A DNA stretch of 63,713 bases, filler included, from Circinaria calcarea (lineage: Eukaryota): assembly GCA_051942165.1 (NCBI GenBank). It is 24 parts of 24 records of this genome, joined end to end, with 100 filler letters (N's around TTAATTAATTAA, not from the genome) between each part and the next. Parts side by side here need not be neighbours in the genome. Positions count along the whole stretch, not along the records: positions 23,990 to 26,551 come from JAVECS010003434.1; positions 26,652 to 29,212 come from JAVECS010003435.1; positions 29,313 to 31,870 come from JAVECS010003436.1; positions 31,971 to 34,527 come from JAVECS010003437.1; positions 34,628 to 37,184 come from JAVECS010003438.1; 19 more parts are not named here. One strand, 5' to 3'. A program made the position numbers and the translations under genes. Below the pieces are notes generated by a model. It saw nothing but the letters and a program-made list of their open reading frames with translations, did not search any database and had not been told where the DNA came from. Of this stretch, positions 23,890 through 35,855 are shown in pieces; position 1 is the first letter of the stretch; each line of letters opens with the position of its first letter.

Positions 23890-25555
23890 NNNNNNNNNNN
23901 NNNNNNNNNNNNNNNNNNNNNNNNNNNNNNNNNTTAATTAATTAANNNNNNNNNNNNNNNNNNNNNNNNNNNNNNNNNNNNNNNNNNNNCTCTCATGCTC
24001 GCCGCCACTATGTATACCCTATACTGTGTTAGTGACGGGGGTTTGTTCAGATATCTACCAGCACGCCAACCGCTTATCAGAAACTGACCTTTACCCTTAA
24101 AATCTAGCTCCTCGTTGGGGCCTCCGTAGACTTCCAGTACAGCTAGGTACCCATTCGTTTCAGAGCTGTACCTCGGGCTTCATATAATCTTGCGCATATA
24201 ATCCTTCCGCATCAACTTTTCATTCTAGGGGGGGGGGAAGTTAGTTATAAGTCCTTGTCCCTCTACTCCGCACGCTTCAAGATCGGGGGCGTTTCCAATT
24301 TTCGCGCTCCCCGGAAGCTTTACATGGATCTTTTTGTGAGGCGGAGGAAAGGGGGAGGTTAGAGGTTATGTAAATGTATTCCCGGCTATATATATCGTAT
24401 ATACAAATTCTGATAGGAAAAAACGACAGACGAAGGTCTTGGATTTTTTTTTAATGACAGCGGGGGTGAATACTGAGAAAGACGGAGGGGGAAGATTTTT
24501 TGAATAGCAGAAATAATGGTCAAGGGTAATAGGAAATTAAGATGGTGATTATTTAGAATTAGGTTTTATTGCATTCGACTGATACTTAATTAGGATTCTA
24601 TATACCGAAGGCAGACAGCGGACAGCTCGGGGCTAGAACATACCAGGGTAATTCTACTGCACGGACCGTTTTGGTATGAGAAAACAGAAATCAGGGTCAG
24701 TGCCTATTATAATACAGGCACCTGTGTATCAAGCCCGAGCTACCCACTCTCGGTACGTTTGGTGGCTTGCACTTCCGTACAACCCGACAAAGCAAAAGAA
24801 ATCGACCCTGTTAGCGTTTCTGAGAAATAGAAACGGTCCCGCTTCCGTCTCCGCGCTGTTCCAACCATTCCATTCGCCCTTATTTGCGCTAGTTTCAAGC
24901 CAAGGCCGGTTTCCAGGGGCCGGACCGTTCCTAGATACAAGCTGATGTTGAAATGACAGGCGCTTTTTCAGGTTTCATTTCTATTTTTTGCGATCTCTGC
25001 AAGGGGGTTGGACGAAAGCAGTTGCTAGGATAGCTATTTATACCATGGTAAAGTTGCTAGTAAACACATATCGTTGTTGACGCGTAATCCTGATTTCCGT
25101 CGGGGAAACTTTCCTTTTCACCGTTCAAACTTTTCTAATTATTACGATCATTATGGTTCAGGCATTGACTAGCAGCCTCGGAGGAAATGTGCTTTATATA
25201 ATATGCCGCGGAGCATCTGCTGAAGATATATCTATAATCAATAGAAATTTGTTTACGGCAGACTCAACGGATGCGATGGAATTTCATGCATTGGGGCAGT
25301 GTAGTAGCTTCAAGATGCAGTCTATTAGGCCCGTCTTAGAAAGGATTACGCGTAAACAAAGATAGGGTTTATTAATACATTATTGTGGTACGGCTATCCT
25401 AGCTAGCGCCTTCGCTTAATCCTTGCTCAGATCCAGGGAAAAATAGAAATATCCTGAACACGGGCCTATCATTACGCCACCAACGGCAGCTTCAATTCCT
25501 TTCCGCTCGTGCCTGGCTTACGTAGTAACTTTCAGGTACCCTCACTTTGGAATGA

Positions 25556-25839
25556 TTGGGACGTTCGTTTTTTTTTTGGTTATGTCCATGCAGGCGCGGA
25601 ATAACACTTTTCCCAGCCAATGAATACCTTGGTTATAAAGTGCCCTTGGCTTAGCCTTACATAGCTCCATTGTACACGTCCAACAGAGCTATGTGATGCC
25701 AGTGGGCCTTGTTGGGACACATACATTCCGGGCCAGCATGGTAGGCCTCCCTTCGTACCACCCAGGCGTTACGATATTAGGCTTAGATTATCGGCTGCCG
25801 TGCTCCCGAGCATCACAATATTCTAGCGAAACCTCCCAA
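25556..25839. mobile_element. Diverged copy of the palindrome-bearing MITE-like family
   Basis: Shares CATAGCTCCATTGTACA...AGAGCTATG, GCCGTGCTCCCGAGCAT and GGAATAACA...CCCAGCCAAT with 35071-35364 and 48983-49623. Confidence 0.75.
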
Positions 25840-26221
25840 ATGCGTTTGGACAGCCGATGGAGGACATAAGCAAACCAGGTCAACCGTTTCGATCTTAAAC
25901 TCCGTCCCACGGCCAACTGTGCTAAGTTGGTCCGATTCCTGTGGGATTCAAGTCTAACCAGTCCGGGGTGGGGGAGATTGAGTTCAGAATACGAGATGCT
26001 GCGGGTCTGTATATTATTAAGCAATAGGAGTGAAGATATCATTGGTCGGATCGTATGTCGTTGTAGCCAAGGGGGAAATGCCTGTGCCTGGTGTTTATAT
26101 AAATGAGAAGACAAAGGCAGAGCTATTCCCAAGCACATCTCATTCCTCCTTCTCAAGTTGATTTCAGTCAGCTCGGTCGCAGGTTCCAGCAACTCGGTTT
26201 GAACTTTGAGGATTCGACACA

Positions 26222-26551
26222 ATGGGTAGAATATCCATCTCGTATACGCTACTAGTCCTGAGCTACATGCTCTCGGTTACCTCCGCTATTGCCGCTTTCA
26301 AGAAGACCAGTCCATCCATAGCAAAGAGATCAACAGCTCCTCTACCGCCCAGCAAGGACCCATTTTACACTGCACCTGAGGGATTCGAGAATGCAGCTCC
26401 CGGCGCCGTGCTCAGGGCCCGTAGGGCCCAAGGATTAACCGAGGTCATCGCCAATTGCACCGACGCCTACAACATCCTCTATAGAACGACCGACAGCAAC
26501 TACAAACCCGCCTGGGCCGTCACAACGCTCTATATCCCACAGACAGGGTTT
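26222..26551 (+). CDS. Secretory lipase (LIP family), N-terminus
   Basis: Signal peptide-like start, then PPSKDPFYTAP..FENAAPGAVLR...AYNILYRTTDS...AVTTL. Confidence 0.88.
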
Positions 26552-27610
26552 NNNNNNNNNNNNNNNNNNNNNNNNNNNNNNNNNNNNNNNNNNNNTTAAT
26601 TAATTAANNNNNNNNNNNNNNNNNNNNNNNNNNNNNNNNNNNNNNNNNNNNTCCCCCTTCCCTCCGGGGCCCATCCGAAAAGAAGCCCTCCTGGGCACTG
26701 GTGGTCTCCATGAACTCATCGTTTGTTATTCTTTCCTTGGTGGTTGTCCGTTGTTATTTGCTATTTGCTATTTGCTACGATATCACTGAAAACCGAAAGG
26801 TCTCCCGCCTTCCGACTCTCGAGCGGAGGAGGGAAGGTTCAAGAAGGTCGTAGGAGTAGGAGCGAGAAGACGGGTATGAGAGGAAATGTAAACGCCAAGC
26901 CCTCCTCCCCTTCCTCCCCTCTTTCCGAAAATAAACGTATCAGATTCCAATTCCACTCCTACAAATTTTCCTTTTGCCGGAGGAAACCTTGGATGACAGT
27001 TTGCTTTCTTTTTGAGTGGGTGGGGGGAACTGGGTTATTAGGGGTAGGTTAAGGGTTTGGAAAGATGGGGATACTTTGTAGGAAGGGGGTGTTTAAAGGA
27101 GGAATCTTAGGGGGGGGGGTGTAAATTGGGGAAGAGACGTCTAGTATTTCTACAGGCAACATGGGAGTATATGAGTAACATGTAAGATGCTTGCAAAAAC
27201 TCAAGTTTCCAAAAAGCCTTCAGAATTTCAAATGGATTTTTTTGATTGAAGCCAATGGGGGACCGGTTCGGTTATATATATCCTCATCGATTCATTGTCG
27301 GGTGAAAAAAAGCTGGAAAAATTTAACTCAGGTGAACGTATATTCCCTCGCGAACCTTCACACATCCTGGAGAGCTATGTAGTTTCCCTTTGCTCATGAG
27401 CTAAAAAAAAAAGCAAGACCTAGAACCTCAAGATCCTAGTTATTTAATTCCCTCCTCGCGCCTTGTCCCATGCTTTTACATATTTCCCTTCCATTTGCCT
27501 CCCCCAAAACGCCCCACCTGGTAGTATTCGCCAGCTGAACCCTATACCCCCAAACAAAGCAGAGAAACAAAAAAGACAAGAAGGGACAACGGGTATTAGT
27601 TTCATTAGTT

Positions 27611-29212
27611 TTATTCCTCCATAAACGGAGTCATCCCCAATACTTTCCCCCTTGTCGGACTCCCTCTCCGACTCCTCCGGCCTTGTTCCTTCCATTTTCC
27701 ACCACCGCTCTCTAGCCCCATCCCGATTAATCGCTCCCGACTCTCCGTGCGGACAAACAAGCCACTCCGGTCCATTGCATTGACACTTCCCAATCCGAGT
27801 CCTAGGCCCACGCCCTGAGTACTAATGTTTTCCCCAGAGTACATCTCACTTCGAGCATGTTCCTTGGGAGTCTGGATACTGGGTGTAAGCCAACCAGATG
27901 TTCTGCCAGTTTTGCTGCCGGACCCGGTGGAGGAGTCCGAGTATTCATTATCGGACGAGGAACTGCTTTCGATGGAGCCGAGTTCGAAATATTGGGCAGA
28001 GATGCCGTCTTCCAGCAGCCGTTCGTGTGCGATGGATTGTAGGTGGGGAGTGAAATAGGAACCCTTGGTCGAAAAGGGACCTTTGCGCTTGCCGGGTCGG
28101 TGGCGAGAGAACGGGGAGAGAATTTTGCGGTAGAGGCGTGAGCGACGGTCTTTGCCGCAGAGGAGAAAAAAGACAATGCAGATGATGAGCATGAAGAGGA
28201 GGAAGCCGGGAATGCGACGGGGTGTTTTGCCTTCGAAAAGCGTGTCTCGCCAACCCTCTCCTTCCGGGGGTACGTGAGGATCGTGTTCATGGGTGATGTT
28301 GGTGAGGAGCGAGGGTTTGCCTCCGGCGAACTGAAAGTCGGGTGGGATGCCATGTATGTTGCTGCCGAAGCCAACAGGGAGAGTATTGTCCATAGGAGGG
28401 ACTTGGCTTGCTGCATACAGGACCACTTTGCCCAACGTCCAGCTAACTTCGGTATCGTCGATCTTGTCCACGGCCTGAAATGGGTCCGTGAAGCCCTTCT
28501 GCTTCGCTCCTTCGAGGACTTCTTTGGTTCCATTATGACCATTGCCGTTCGTGTTTTCTAGCCCCACTCGGGGTATACCGATACCCTCGTGAAGAACGTT
28601 GATAAGCCAACTGGCTTTGAAGCACACCTCGGCTGCCGTTGCCTCGTCAACCTTCTTGCCCCAAGTCTGATCCTTGATACCTTCACGGATAGCCTTCCAA
28701 TCTTTACTACAAAACTCTTTTACTCTCTTTTGGTAGGTGTTGAAGTCGTATGCCTTGTCTTTATGTGCCATTTCAAAAACCTCATGGGTGGTATGCCAGT
28801 ATTCACTAACGCCGACAAAGTGATTTACGTCGAAGTCGATGGCCGGGACATGAACACCGTGGAGAAGGCAGGGTGGGTCTACACAAGGTGCTGTCTTATC
28901 AAGCAGTGGATATGTTTGCCGGAGGCATTCATCAAAATGTCCGGTGCCGACCAAATGAGGTTGTTTTCCTTCTGCGGTTTCCGATCCCGGGAAGAGTACA
29001 TCTCCTTTAGTCGAGATGCTCAACCCACCAGGTAAGCACGGGTCAGGTAATTCGTCCCCATCATAACTTGTATGGCTGTCCATAAGCGCGTCAACATACC
29101 GCCGTCTCGCCTCATGGACGCCAAACCCAAGCCAGGTTGTGACGAAGACCTTGTATTCCGCCACAGCGCCGTTGATTGTTCGCATTCGCAACAGCTTCAG
29201 GTCTTCTGCATG
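27611..29212 (-). CDS. YND1: Golgi apyrase (GDA1/CD39 family), 5' truncated
   Basis: TTWLGFGVHEARRRY, GVSEYW, CFKASW, SWTLG and a C-terminal transmembrane segment with a cytosolic tail. Confidence 0.92.
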   Translation of the reverse strand, partial: HAEDLKLLRMRTINGAVAEYKVFVTTWLGFGVHEARRRYVDALMDSHTSYDGDELPDPCLPGGLSISTKGDVLFPGSETAEGKQPHLVGTGHFDECLRQTYPLLDKTAPCVDPPCLLHGVHVPAIDFDVNHFVGVSEYWHTTHEVFEMAHKDKAYDFNTYQKRVKEFCSKDWKAIREGIKDQTWGKKVDEATAAEVCFKASWLINVLHEGIGIPRVGLENTNGNGHNGTKEVLEGAKQKGFTDPFQAVDKIDDTEVSWTLGKVVLYAASQVPPMDNTLPVGFGSNIHGIPPDFQFAGGKPSLLTNITHEHDPHVPPEGEGWRDTLFEGKTPRRIPGFLLFMLIICIVFFLLCGKDRRSRLYRKILSPFSRHRPGKRKGPFSTKGSYFTPHLQSIAHERLLEDGISAQYFELGSIESSSSSDNEYSDSSTGSGSKTGRTSGWLTPSIQTPKEHARSEMYSGENISTQGVGLGLGLGSVNAMDRSGLFVRTESRERLIGMGLESGGGKWKEQGRRSRRGSPTRGKVLGMTPFMEE

Positions 29213-29334
29213 NNNNNNNNNNNNNNNNNNNNNNNNNNNNNNNNNNNNNNNNNNNNTTAATTAATTAANNNNNNNNNNNNNNNNNNNNNNNNNNNNNNNN
29301 NNNNNNNNNNNNCCCATAATAATAGAGCCATCCA

Positions 29335-31257
29335 TTAGGCGCCCCTACCACCGAATAACCTCAGACCCTCCTCTCCGACATCCTCTTCCTCACTCCCAGA
29401 TAGGTCCCCTTCACACCCAGCTTACTTCTATTCCCCAACAAACCCCCGAAAAACTCCCCAACCTGCCTTTCCCCCCAGGTACACCTATCCTCTCTGGCCA
29501 TAAAATTCTGCAACTTTTCATGTACGTTATAGCGCATTTTCCGGCCTTTCGACGCTTTGGTGTCGACCTTCTTGCGAATCTTAACTGGTGGGGGAAATGA
29601 GATGGAGGGCTGTGGAGCATTGAAGGAGGTGGAAGGGAGGGAGCGTCTTTGCTCCACAAGGTCGCGGAGGAGGAGGGTGTAGAATGAAGAGTCGTCATAG
29701 ATGGGGTCATGTAGCTTGTCGACTCCTTCCTCTGACTCCGTATGCCTAGTTTTGGAGGTGGTAACTTGTGTTTGTGCTTGGAGTGGTGCGCATGAACTTG
29801 GTAGTTGTGTCTTTTGTATTAGTCGTTCCAGATTTGGCGATGAAAGCTGTGTGTCTAGCATGTCAAGTAGTGGCTGCTGTGTAGGCGTGTTGGAAAACTT
29901 GTTCCGTGCTGGGAGGGAAGACGTCGGTGCCGTTTTCATCGACCATTTTTGAAGAATGGCACGTCTACTGGGGGTAGAAACGGATTCGTGGGATTGCATT
30001 TCGGACCAGACGGCTGATGAAGGAGTCGAAATGGTAGCTTCGAAGGTGCGCTTTTGTGGGTTCTTGTTAGAGACTGTAGACTCAAGAGATGTGCGCAGAG
30101 AGTTGAGTTGATTCCATAAAGTTAGAGCGGCCTGCTCGGCAGCCTTGACGGCGGAGTCGTCCGTTGTGGGGGTTGAAGGGGTAGCTGCAATGGAATTTGC
30201 GGCAACGAGTGCTTTCTGTAATCGCATGCGAGTGTTGAGGAGAGACGAAAAGGTTCTGCTTTGATGTATGACTGCCCTTCCCTTTGTAGCGTCCGCTTTG
30301 ACCGCTTGAGTAATGGTAGCGACAACGGATTTCTGTTCAGAAGCCATCATTTGACGGAGTAATGCTCGGTCGTCAGATTTCTTGTCGAAATCAGGCACGT
30401 CGTCCGTATTCTCACTTACACTTGCACTCTCTTCGTTGCTGTCTGATATTTCATTGTCATCGCCGAAACCGTTTTCGAGGGGTTTGTTGCCAAGGTTTGA
30501 TTCTTCAGACGTGTCACTATCCCCGTCACTCTCCCCGTCCAGTTCCTCAACAGCATCCTTGTTGCTCCCGTCGTCTTCTAACTCCATATTTGAGTCCATG
30601 TCTTTATTCTCCCGAACAAGTATATCATTGATTCCCTTTTTGACTACCCCGTTACCCTGGCGCTGCCGTGCTGCGGTGCCGCTAGAAAATTTATACTCCT
30701 TGAATCTTTCCTCATCTCCTTCTCCAAATGCCTCATCACTATCAATATCCTCATCCCTTTCACCGTCTATCCCATCCATCTCCACATCATCCGGATCCGC
30801 CACATCTTCACCCTCGTCCTCCTTCTCTTCTGAGCTCAAACCATTCTCCTGACTCGCACCACTTCCAAAAGGATCATCGTCACTCTCACCGGCTATTAAG
30901 TGGTATCGACTAACTCGTGCTCCGGAGTATTGCGGTCCAAGACTGATACCCTCGCTCTTGCGAAGTTTGCTCTTACTAGGCCCGTTAGAGAATCCAAGGC
31001 GTGAAAACGCTTGTAACACGCATACCCAACATCCACGTAGTGCTGTCGCGCATCGATCGCCTCCTCATCTTGGCTTTCTGAGCCCGAGTCTCCTCGATTT
31101 TCGAAAGCAGCACCGAATTCTTCCGGGTCGATATCTGTAACCAGACTCAGCTTGAAATTATTTTGGTAATCACGACCACGTAGGTACCTTTGGGTGCAGG
31201 GTCTTCGAGGTCTGCTATCTGCTCGGCCAACGACTTTGGGACCTTCGTCGCAGGCAT
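29335..31257 (-). CDS. BFR2: Bfr2/AATF nucleolar protein
   Basis: ATG at 31257; introns 31135-31187 and 30976-31025; RQHYVDVGKSKLRK, RMRLQKAL, IYDDSSFY, VDTKASKGRKMRYNVHEKLQNFM. Apparent frameshift near 29415. Confidence 0.93.
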
Positions 31258-33634
31258 TGTGACGGTTGTCGCTGGTTGAGCCGACAGTAGAAAATTGGAA
31301 TAAATTCGACTCGAATATGAAGGTCGCGTAAAATAGCTTTCCACTAAACTTTGGGAAATCGAATATGGGCAGTCCGTACCGAGGGAATCCTACCCGACCT
31401 GATAAGATTACCTTATTGTCCAAAACTATCGTACGCCTTTGGTTACGACCAACTCTATGAGCGGAGTACAATACTTTGGCATACCCATTAATACGAAGCG
31501 CTTACAACTAGTAGCATAGAACGGTCTACAATCAATCACGCCCAATACAGATATTGTTCAATGCTATCTTCTCGTTACTTGTCTATATAAAAGTTGCAGG
31601 TTGCCTTTTTGCAGCAGAGGATATATCGCATTCAAAAAGGAGTGGAAGAGGCCGATGGCAGCAATGGTTCTTTTCCGATAGCGAAGCCCCTCCTCCCAAA
31701 CACCACCACACGGTTTCGGCCCTTGTTTACTACCTCTCTCATTTAAACATCTTGAGGAAGTCATACTGCTCCTTGGGCGCAGGACCCAAGATAGCGTCGA
31801 CATCTCTCTGATCAATGACTGCTCCGGATCCCGAGCATTTCGCCTTGGACTTCAACTGCGAACAAAGATCNNNNNNNNNNNNNNNNNNNNNNNNNNNNNN
31901 NNNNNNNNNNNNNNTTAATTAATTAANNNNNNNNNNNNNNNNNNNNNNNNNNNNNNNNNNNNNNNNNNNNTTTGGAAAGTCGGGGAAATAAGAATTTCGA
32001 TTTCGATTTCTGCTCGATGAGTTGTAGATCGGGTCACTGGCTGCGTGTAGACGCCAGTGGCAGGCAGTTTAAATGGCCCGTTTCGGTCTTGCGGCGAGCG
32101 GGAGATAAATGAAAGCTATTCGTGTGAGAGTATCTCGGTATTATGGGCAGTTAGCAAGGGGGAGAACTCCTCCGTACCACGCTCAGGAGTGCCTGAACAG
32201 GTCTGACCGGATACACATCCTCCAAATTTTCTTTTTCTAGCTAGACATTCGCCGAGCTTTCCCAAAAAAACAAAGAAAATCTTGTGTTGGTGTTGGGGAA
32301 ACAGGAGTAAACTGCCACCGGAGAAAGGGGGGAAACCTCACGTTGTTTTTGAGGATTTAATCAGGTGCTTCCCAGCGTTGGTCTCTAGTTCATATTACTG
32401 TAGTATCTACGAGCTTTTTCGAAATGGAGTGGTGTGTGAGAGTCGTTTCTGGGTTCCCTGGGTTACACTTATGCTTGCTGCCGGATCCTGGAGCTTTCTT
32501 TCAGCTTCCGAAGCCTATGGATGAGGATTGACTGGCGCTTTTATGTAGCAATTGGCGGTATTCTACTCGTGGTTGTTCGAAAGGAAAATGTGTGTTAGCA
32601 GTGTCCCGATCTGGTTTTGGGCGTTGGCTTTAAGATTTCCCTCGGGCCTCTGATCGGGCGCGCACCTTCGCCGATTTGTTAATGAAATGGGGCGCTTGCC
32701 TTTGAATAATGTCGAACTCGTAGTCTTCGAGTGTCACCGGCAAAGTCAATCATGTTGCACATCTTCCATCACACCCTCTTGGAGCAGATTCGGCTTCCAC
32801 AGCCCCAATGATCCGACTCGAACAAGTCATCCAACTGCATCTCTCATCGGTCCAATGGGGGAAATTGTTCACCGTCAAGCGCGCGGTAAAATTGGCGTCT
32901 ATGAAGAACATCTTCCGCGAGCAAACATCGTGAACAATCAATTTTTCTTAAAACAGACAATCCGGACCCGTCTCTTAGAGTATACCCTGATTGCTTTGTC
33001 CTTCTGATATACAGTATAGTAATGTCAAATCGAGGAGTGGACCTAACGAAGCAAAGAGAGGCTTTTTGTAAAGTATTCCATTCTCATTAAGCTAGGCTCT
33101 CTGCCTACCGTGTACGCAGCTTCCAAACTGTCCAGATAAAGTCATATATCGTCAACAGCGCACCCTAGGTAGGCTATTACCATATCTCCTTTAGATCAAT
33201 TGTATCTTCTTTTGCCAAAATTGTAGGAAGAATGTAATCTCGCATGTAACACTGTATAATCGAGGTAGTAGCGAATCGTTTGCAGTGTGCATATTGGAAA
33301 GAGAGATCCGAGACCGAGACAGCTGATGGTGGCAAGAGAAAAGCCAAAGTACTGTGGTGTTTGTTGTAGGCAAGTTGCTGAAGGAGTCAGTTAATGGCCG
33401 AAAGCAGGGCGCAAGTGAATTCATTACTACCAGTGTAGCACAAAATGAAACCCGGAACCTCAGGCACGGAAAAGATTCAATGGCAGCAAGAAGGAATCAT
33501 TAGCATGCTGAGTTGCTAAAAGCCCAATGCTCACGGCAATGCTACCGAGTTAGTCCGCACAAACCTCCACCACCAAAGCCCTATTCATCCAATTCCTATC
33601 GAATATATATTTTAATAGTACCCTACATTTCTAT

Positions 33635-33831
33635 CGGCATCATAGCTCAATGGTCACGGTGGTCAGTTATCGGAATAAACTGTTACGAATCGTTTATGGC
33701 GCATCCCGATCGCTGGCTATACAAGACACCGGGCGGACACTTGGGATAAAGATCCTCGTGTAATTGTTCATAACCGGAGTGTTCCAACTCATCTGTTCAG
33801 AGGAGTAGCGGGTTCGATTCCCGGGTGCTGA
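33635..33831 (+). other. tRNA-like Pol III element (pseudo-tRNA or tRNA-derived) with an insert of about 120 nt
   Basis: A box TAGCTCAATGG (33643-33653), B box GGTTCGATTCC (33811-33821), termini CGGCATC/GGTGCTG-A can pair, oligo-T from 33864. D and anticodon arms are poor. Confidence 0.45.
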
Positions 33832-34627
33832 TACGTTACTGATCACTCATTGCGAAATTCACATTTTTTTTTAATTTTTTTTTTAAGAGGGTATTTTTCC
33901 CCCCCCTATCTTTTTTCCACTTTATTCCATTTCGAATTTTAGGGTGGCACTTTTATCAGCACAGAAAAGTCTGAACTTCTACTTTGGTAAAAGCCGAGCA
34001 TGACAAGCTATCACGAATTAACAGGAAGCAAAAGACGTTAAGATTCGACTCCTGCAGGTATTAAATACCTTACCATTTTCCCTTCCCTTTTCGAAGAAAT
34101 CCAATCTAATCCCGACTTCCAAAGGCAAAGCACCACGCTTCCTTCACATACTATACCTCAAGACCATCAGTCCCTAGATTCCACTTACCTATTAACCATC
34201 CCATATATTTTACCAGCCCCTCAAAAAAGCCAACACCCACTACTAAAAAACCAGAACCCCGTGTTCCCATTCGAATACACCCCGGAAACAAGGGAGCACC
34301 GGATTCCCTACTACCCTTCAGCACCCATCCTCCTCCCCTTTTTCCTCTTCTCGCTCCATTAAAACCCCCCCCCAAGGGAAATCGAACAACTAAGGAAATT
34401 AGAACCAAGCCACTACAGATGATAATTCTCCCTCTTTCTCTTTGGACTTTGTTCACCTTCTTCCTATATTAGCTACGATTTTTACCGGCCTTACTTTCCC
34501 TCCCACCTTTTCCCCTCACCCCAACCCNNNNNNNNNNNNNNNNNNNNNNNNNNNNNNNNNNNNNNNNNNNNTTAATTAATTAANNNNNNNNNNNNNNNNN
34601 NNNNNNNNNNNNNNNNNNNNNNNNNNN

Positions 34628-34973
34628 CTCGAGTGTCGCTCTTTACTGCTGGGCAGCCATATTTACGGAAGGCGGCCTATTTGTCTTTGCCGCCTTCTAT
34701 GGGCTTTTCAGCTCGAGTGTAAACGCCCTGTTCCCTACAGCCTTGGCCAACTTGACCGAGGATAAAACTAAAATGGGGACGCGCATGGGCATGATCTTTA
34801 GTATCATCAGCTTTGCGACCTTGACCGGTACTCCGATCGCTGGGGCCTTGATAAGCGGCGGCGGCTATCTGAACATGGAGATGTTCGCAGCCTCGCTCTT
34901 AATGATCGGTGCATTGACACTGATTGCGGCCAGGCTTGCGGGCACCGGGATGAAGCTGAGAATAAGGGTCTGA
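34628..34973 (+). CDS. MFS monocarboxylate-transporter-like protein, C-terminus
   Basis: FAAFYGLFS...KMGTRMGMIFSIISFATLTGTPIAGALI. Confidence 0.85.
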
Positions 34974-35070
34974 TTGTTCTAGTGAATAGATCATGATCTT
35001 GATTATAGACTGTTGGTAGAAGACTAGGCGGACAAATGGTTCAGCCGACGAACAGCTTAGAAAAAGCCAG

Positions 35071-35364
35071 TTGGGGGGTTCAGGTTTTTTTTTGCTAGAA
35101 ATTTGTTATGCTTGGGAGCACGGCATCGATGGGCTAAACCGGATGCTGTAAAGCACTGGGGGCAAGCTGGCAGAAACTGTGGATTCGTATTGGCCACACT
35201 AGGTCTACTAGCATAACATAGCTCCGTTGTGGATGTACAATGGAGCTATGTAAAGCCAGGTGGGGGTGGCCTTGCAGACGAGGTATTGATTGGCTAGGAG
35301 CACTGTTATTCCGGGCCTACCTAACATCCTCTGAGCATAACAAAAAAAAACCTAAACCCCCCAA
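35071..35364. mobile_element. Best-preserved copy of the ~295-bp MITE-like element with a central palindrome
   Basis: Imperfect TIRs TTGGGGGGTT(C/T)AGG(T)n..TTGTTATGCT; palindrome ACATAGCTCCGTTGT-N6-ACAATGGAGCTATGT at 35216-35251; no clear TSD. Confidence 0.8.
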
Positions 35365-35855
35365 GTATCTTGCCAAACAATGCCAAGGCTCGCGGTTGCC
35401 ATTTTCCCGCAGGGAAGGCTCCAATCCCCAACGCCTCTTTCAAACTCAACCTCACATTTCCAACCAGTCATATGCTGTGGGAAACAGCTGTTCGTCCGAT
35501 CGGCGAACGAGGGCGTAAATCATTTATAGTGGCCAATTGATTTCCTGGTATTTGCAGATCGTACTAACGGCTGTTTCCGATCCGATCCGGGTACCAGTAG
35601 AATTAAGGCACGAATAACATGTAGGCTATCGCGGGCCGTTCCCGCTACTCCCGGCCCCGTGGCTGCCACACAGGCTTTCGGCCTATTCCTGCAGCTCGCC
35701 CGAGCATACGCTCAATCTGAACTTTATTAAGCATGAAAAGTATCTGAGGACGCGTATAACGCATTTCGAGAAGGCGGTGAGCACGTTTCTGAGAGATCAT
35801 AGTTCATACAACCCATTATACACAAACATCAACCCACGAATGAATTGCATCGTAA

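Noticed and set aside
23990..24230. Exon/intron-like minus-strand fragment
   Set aside because: I could not assemble a stop-free, recognisable reading frame.
33984..34060. Second tRNA-like sequence (TTGGTAAAAGC...GATTCGACTCC)
   Set aside because: Imperfect boxes and no acceptor or anticodon stems.
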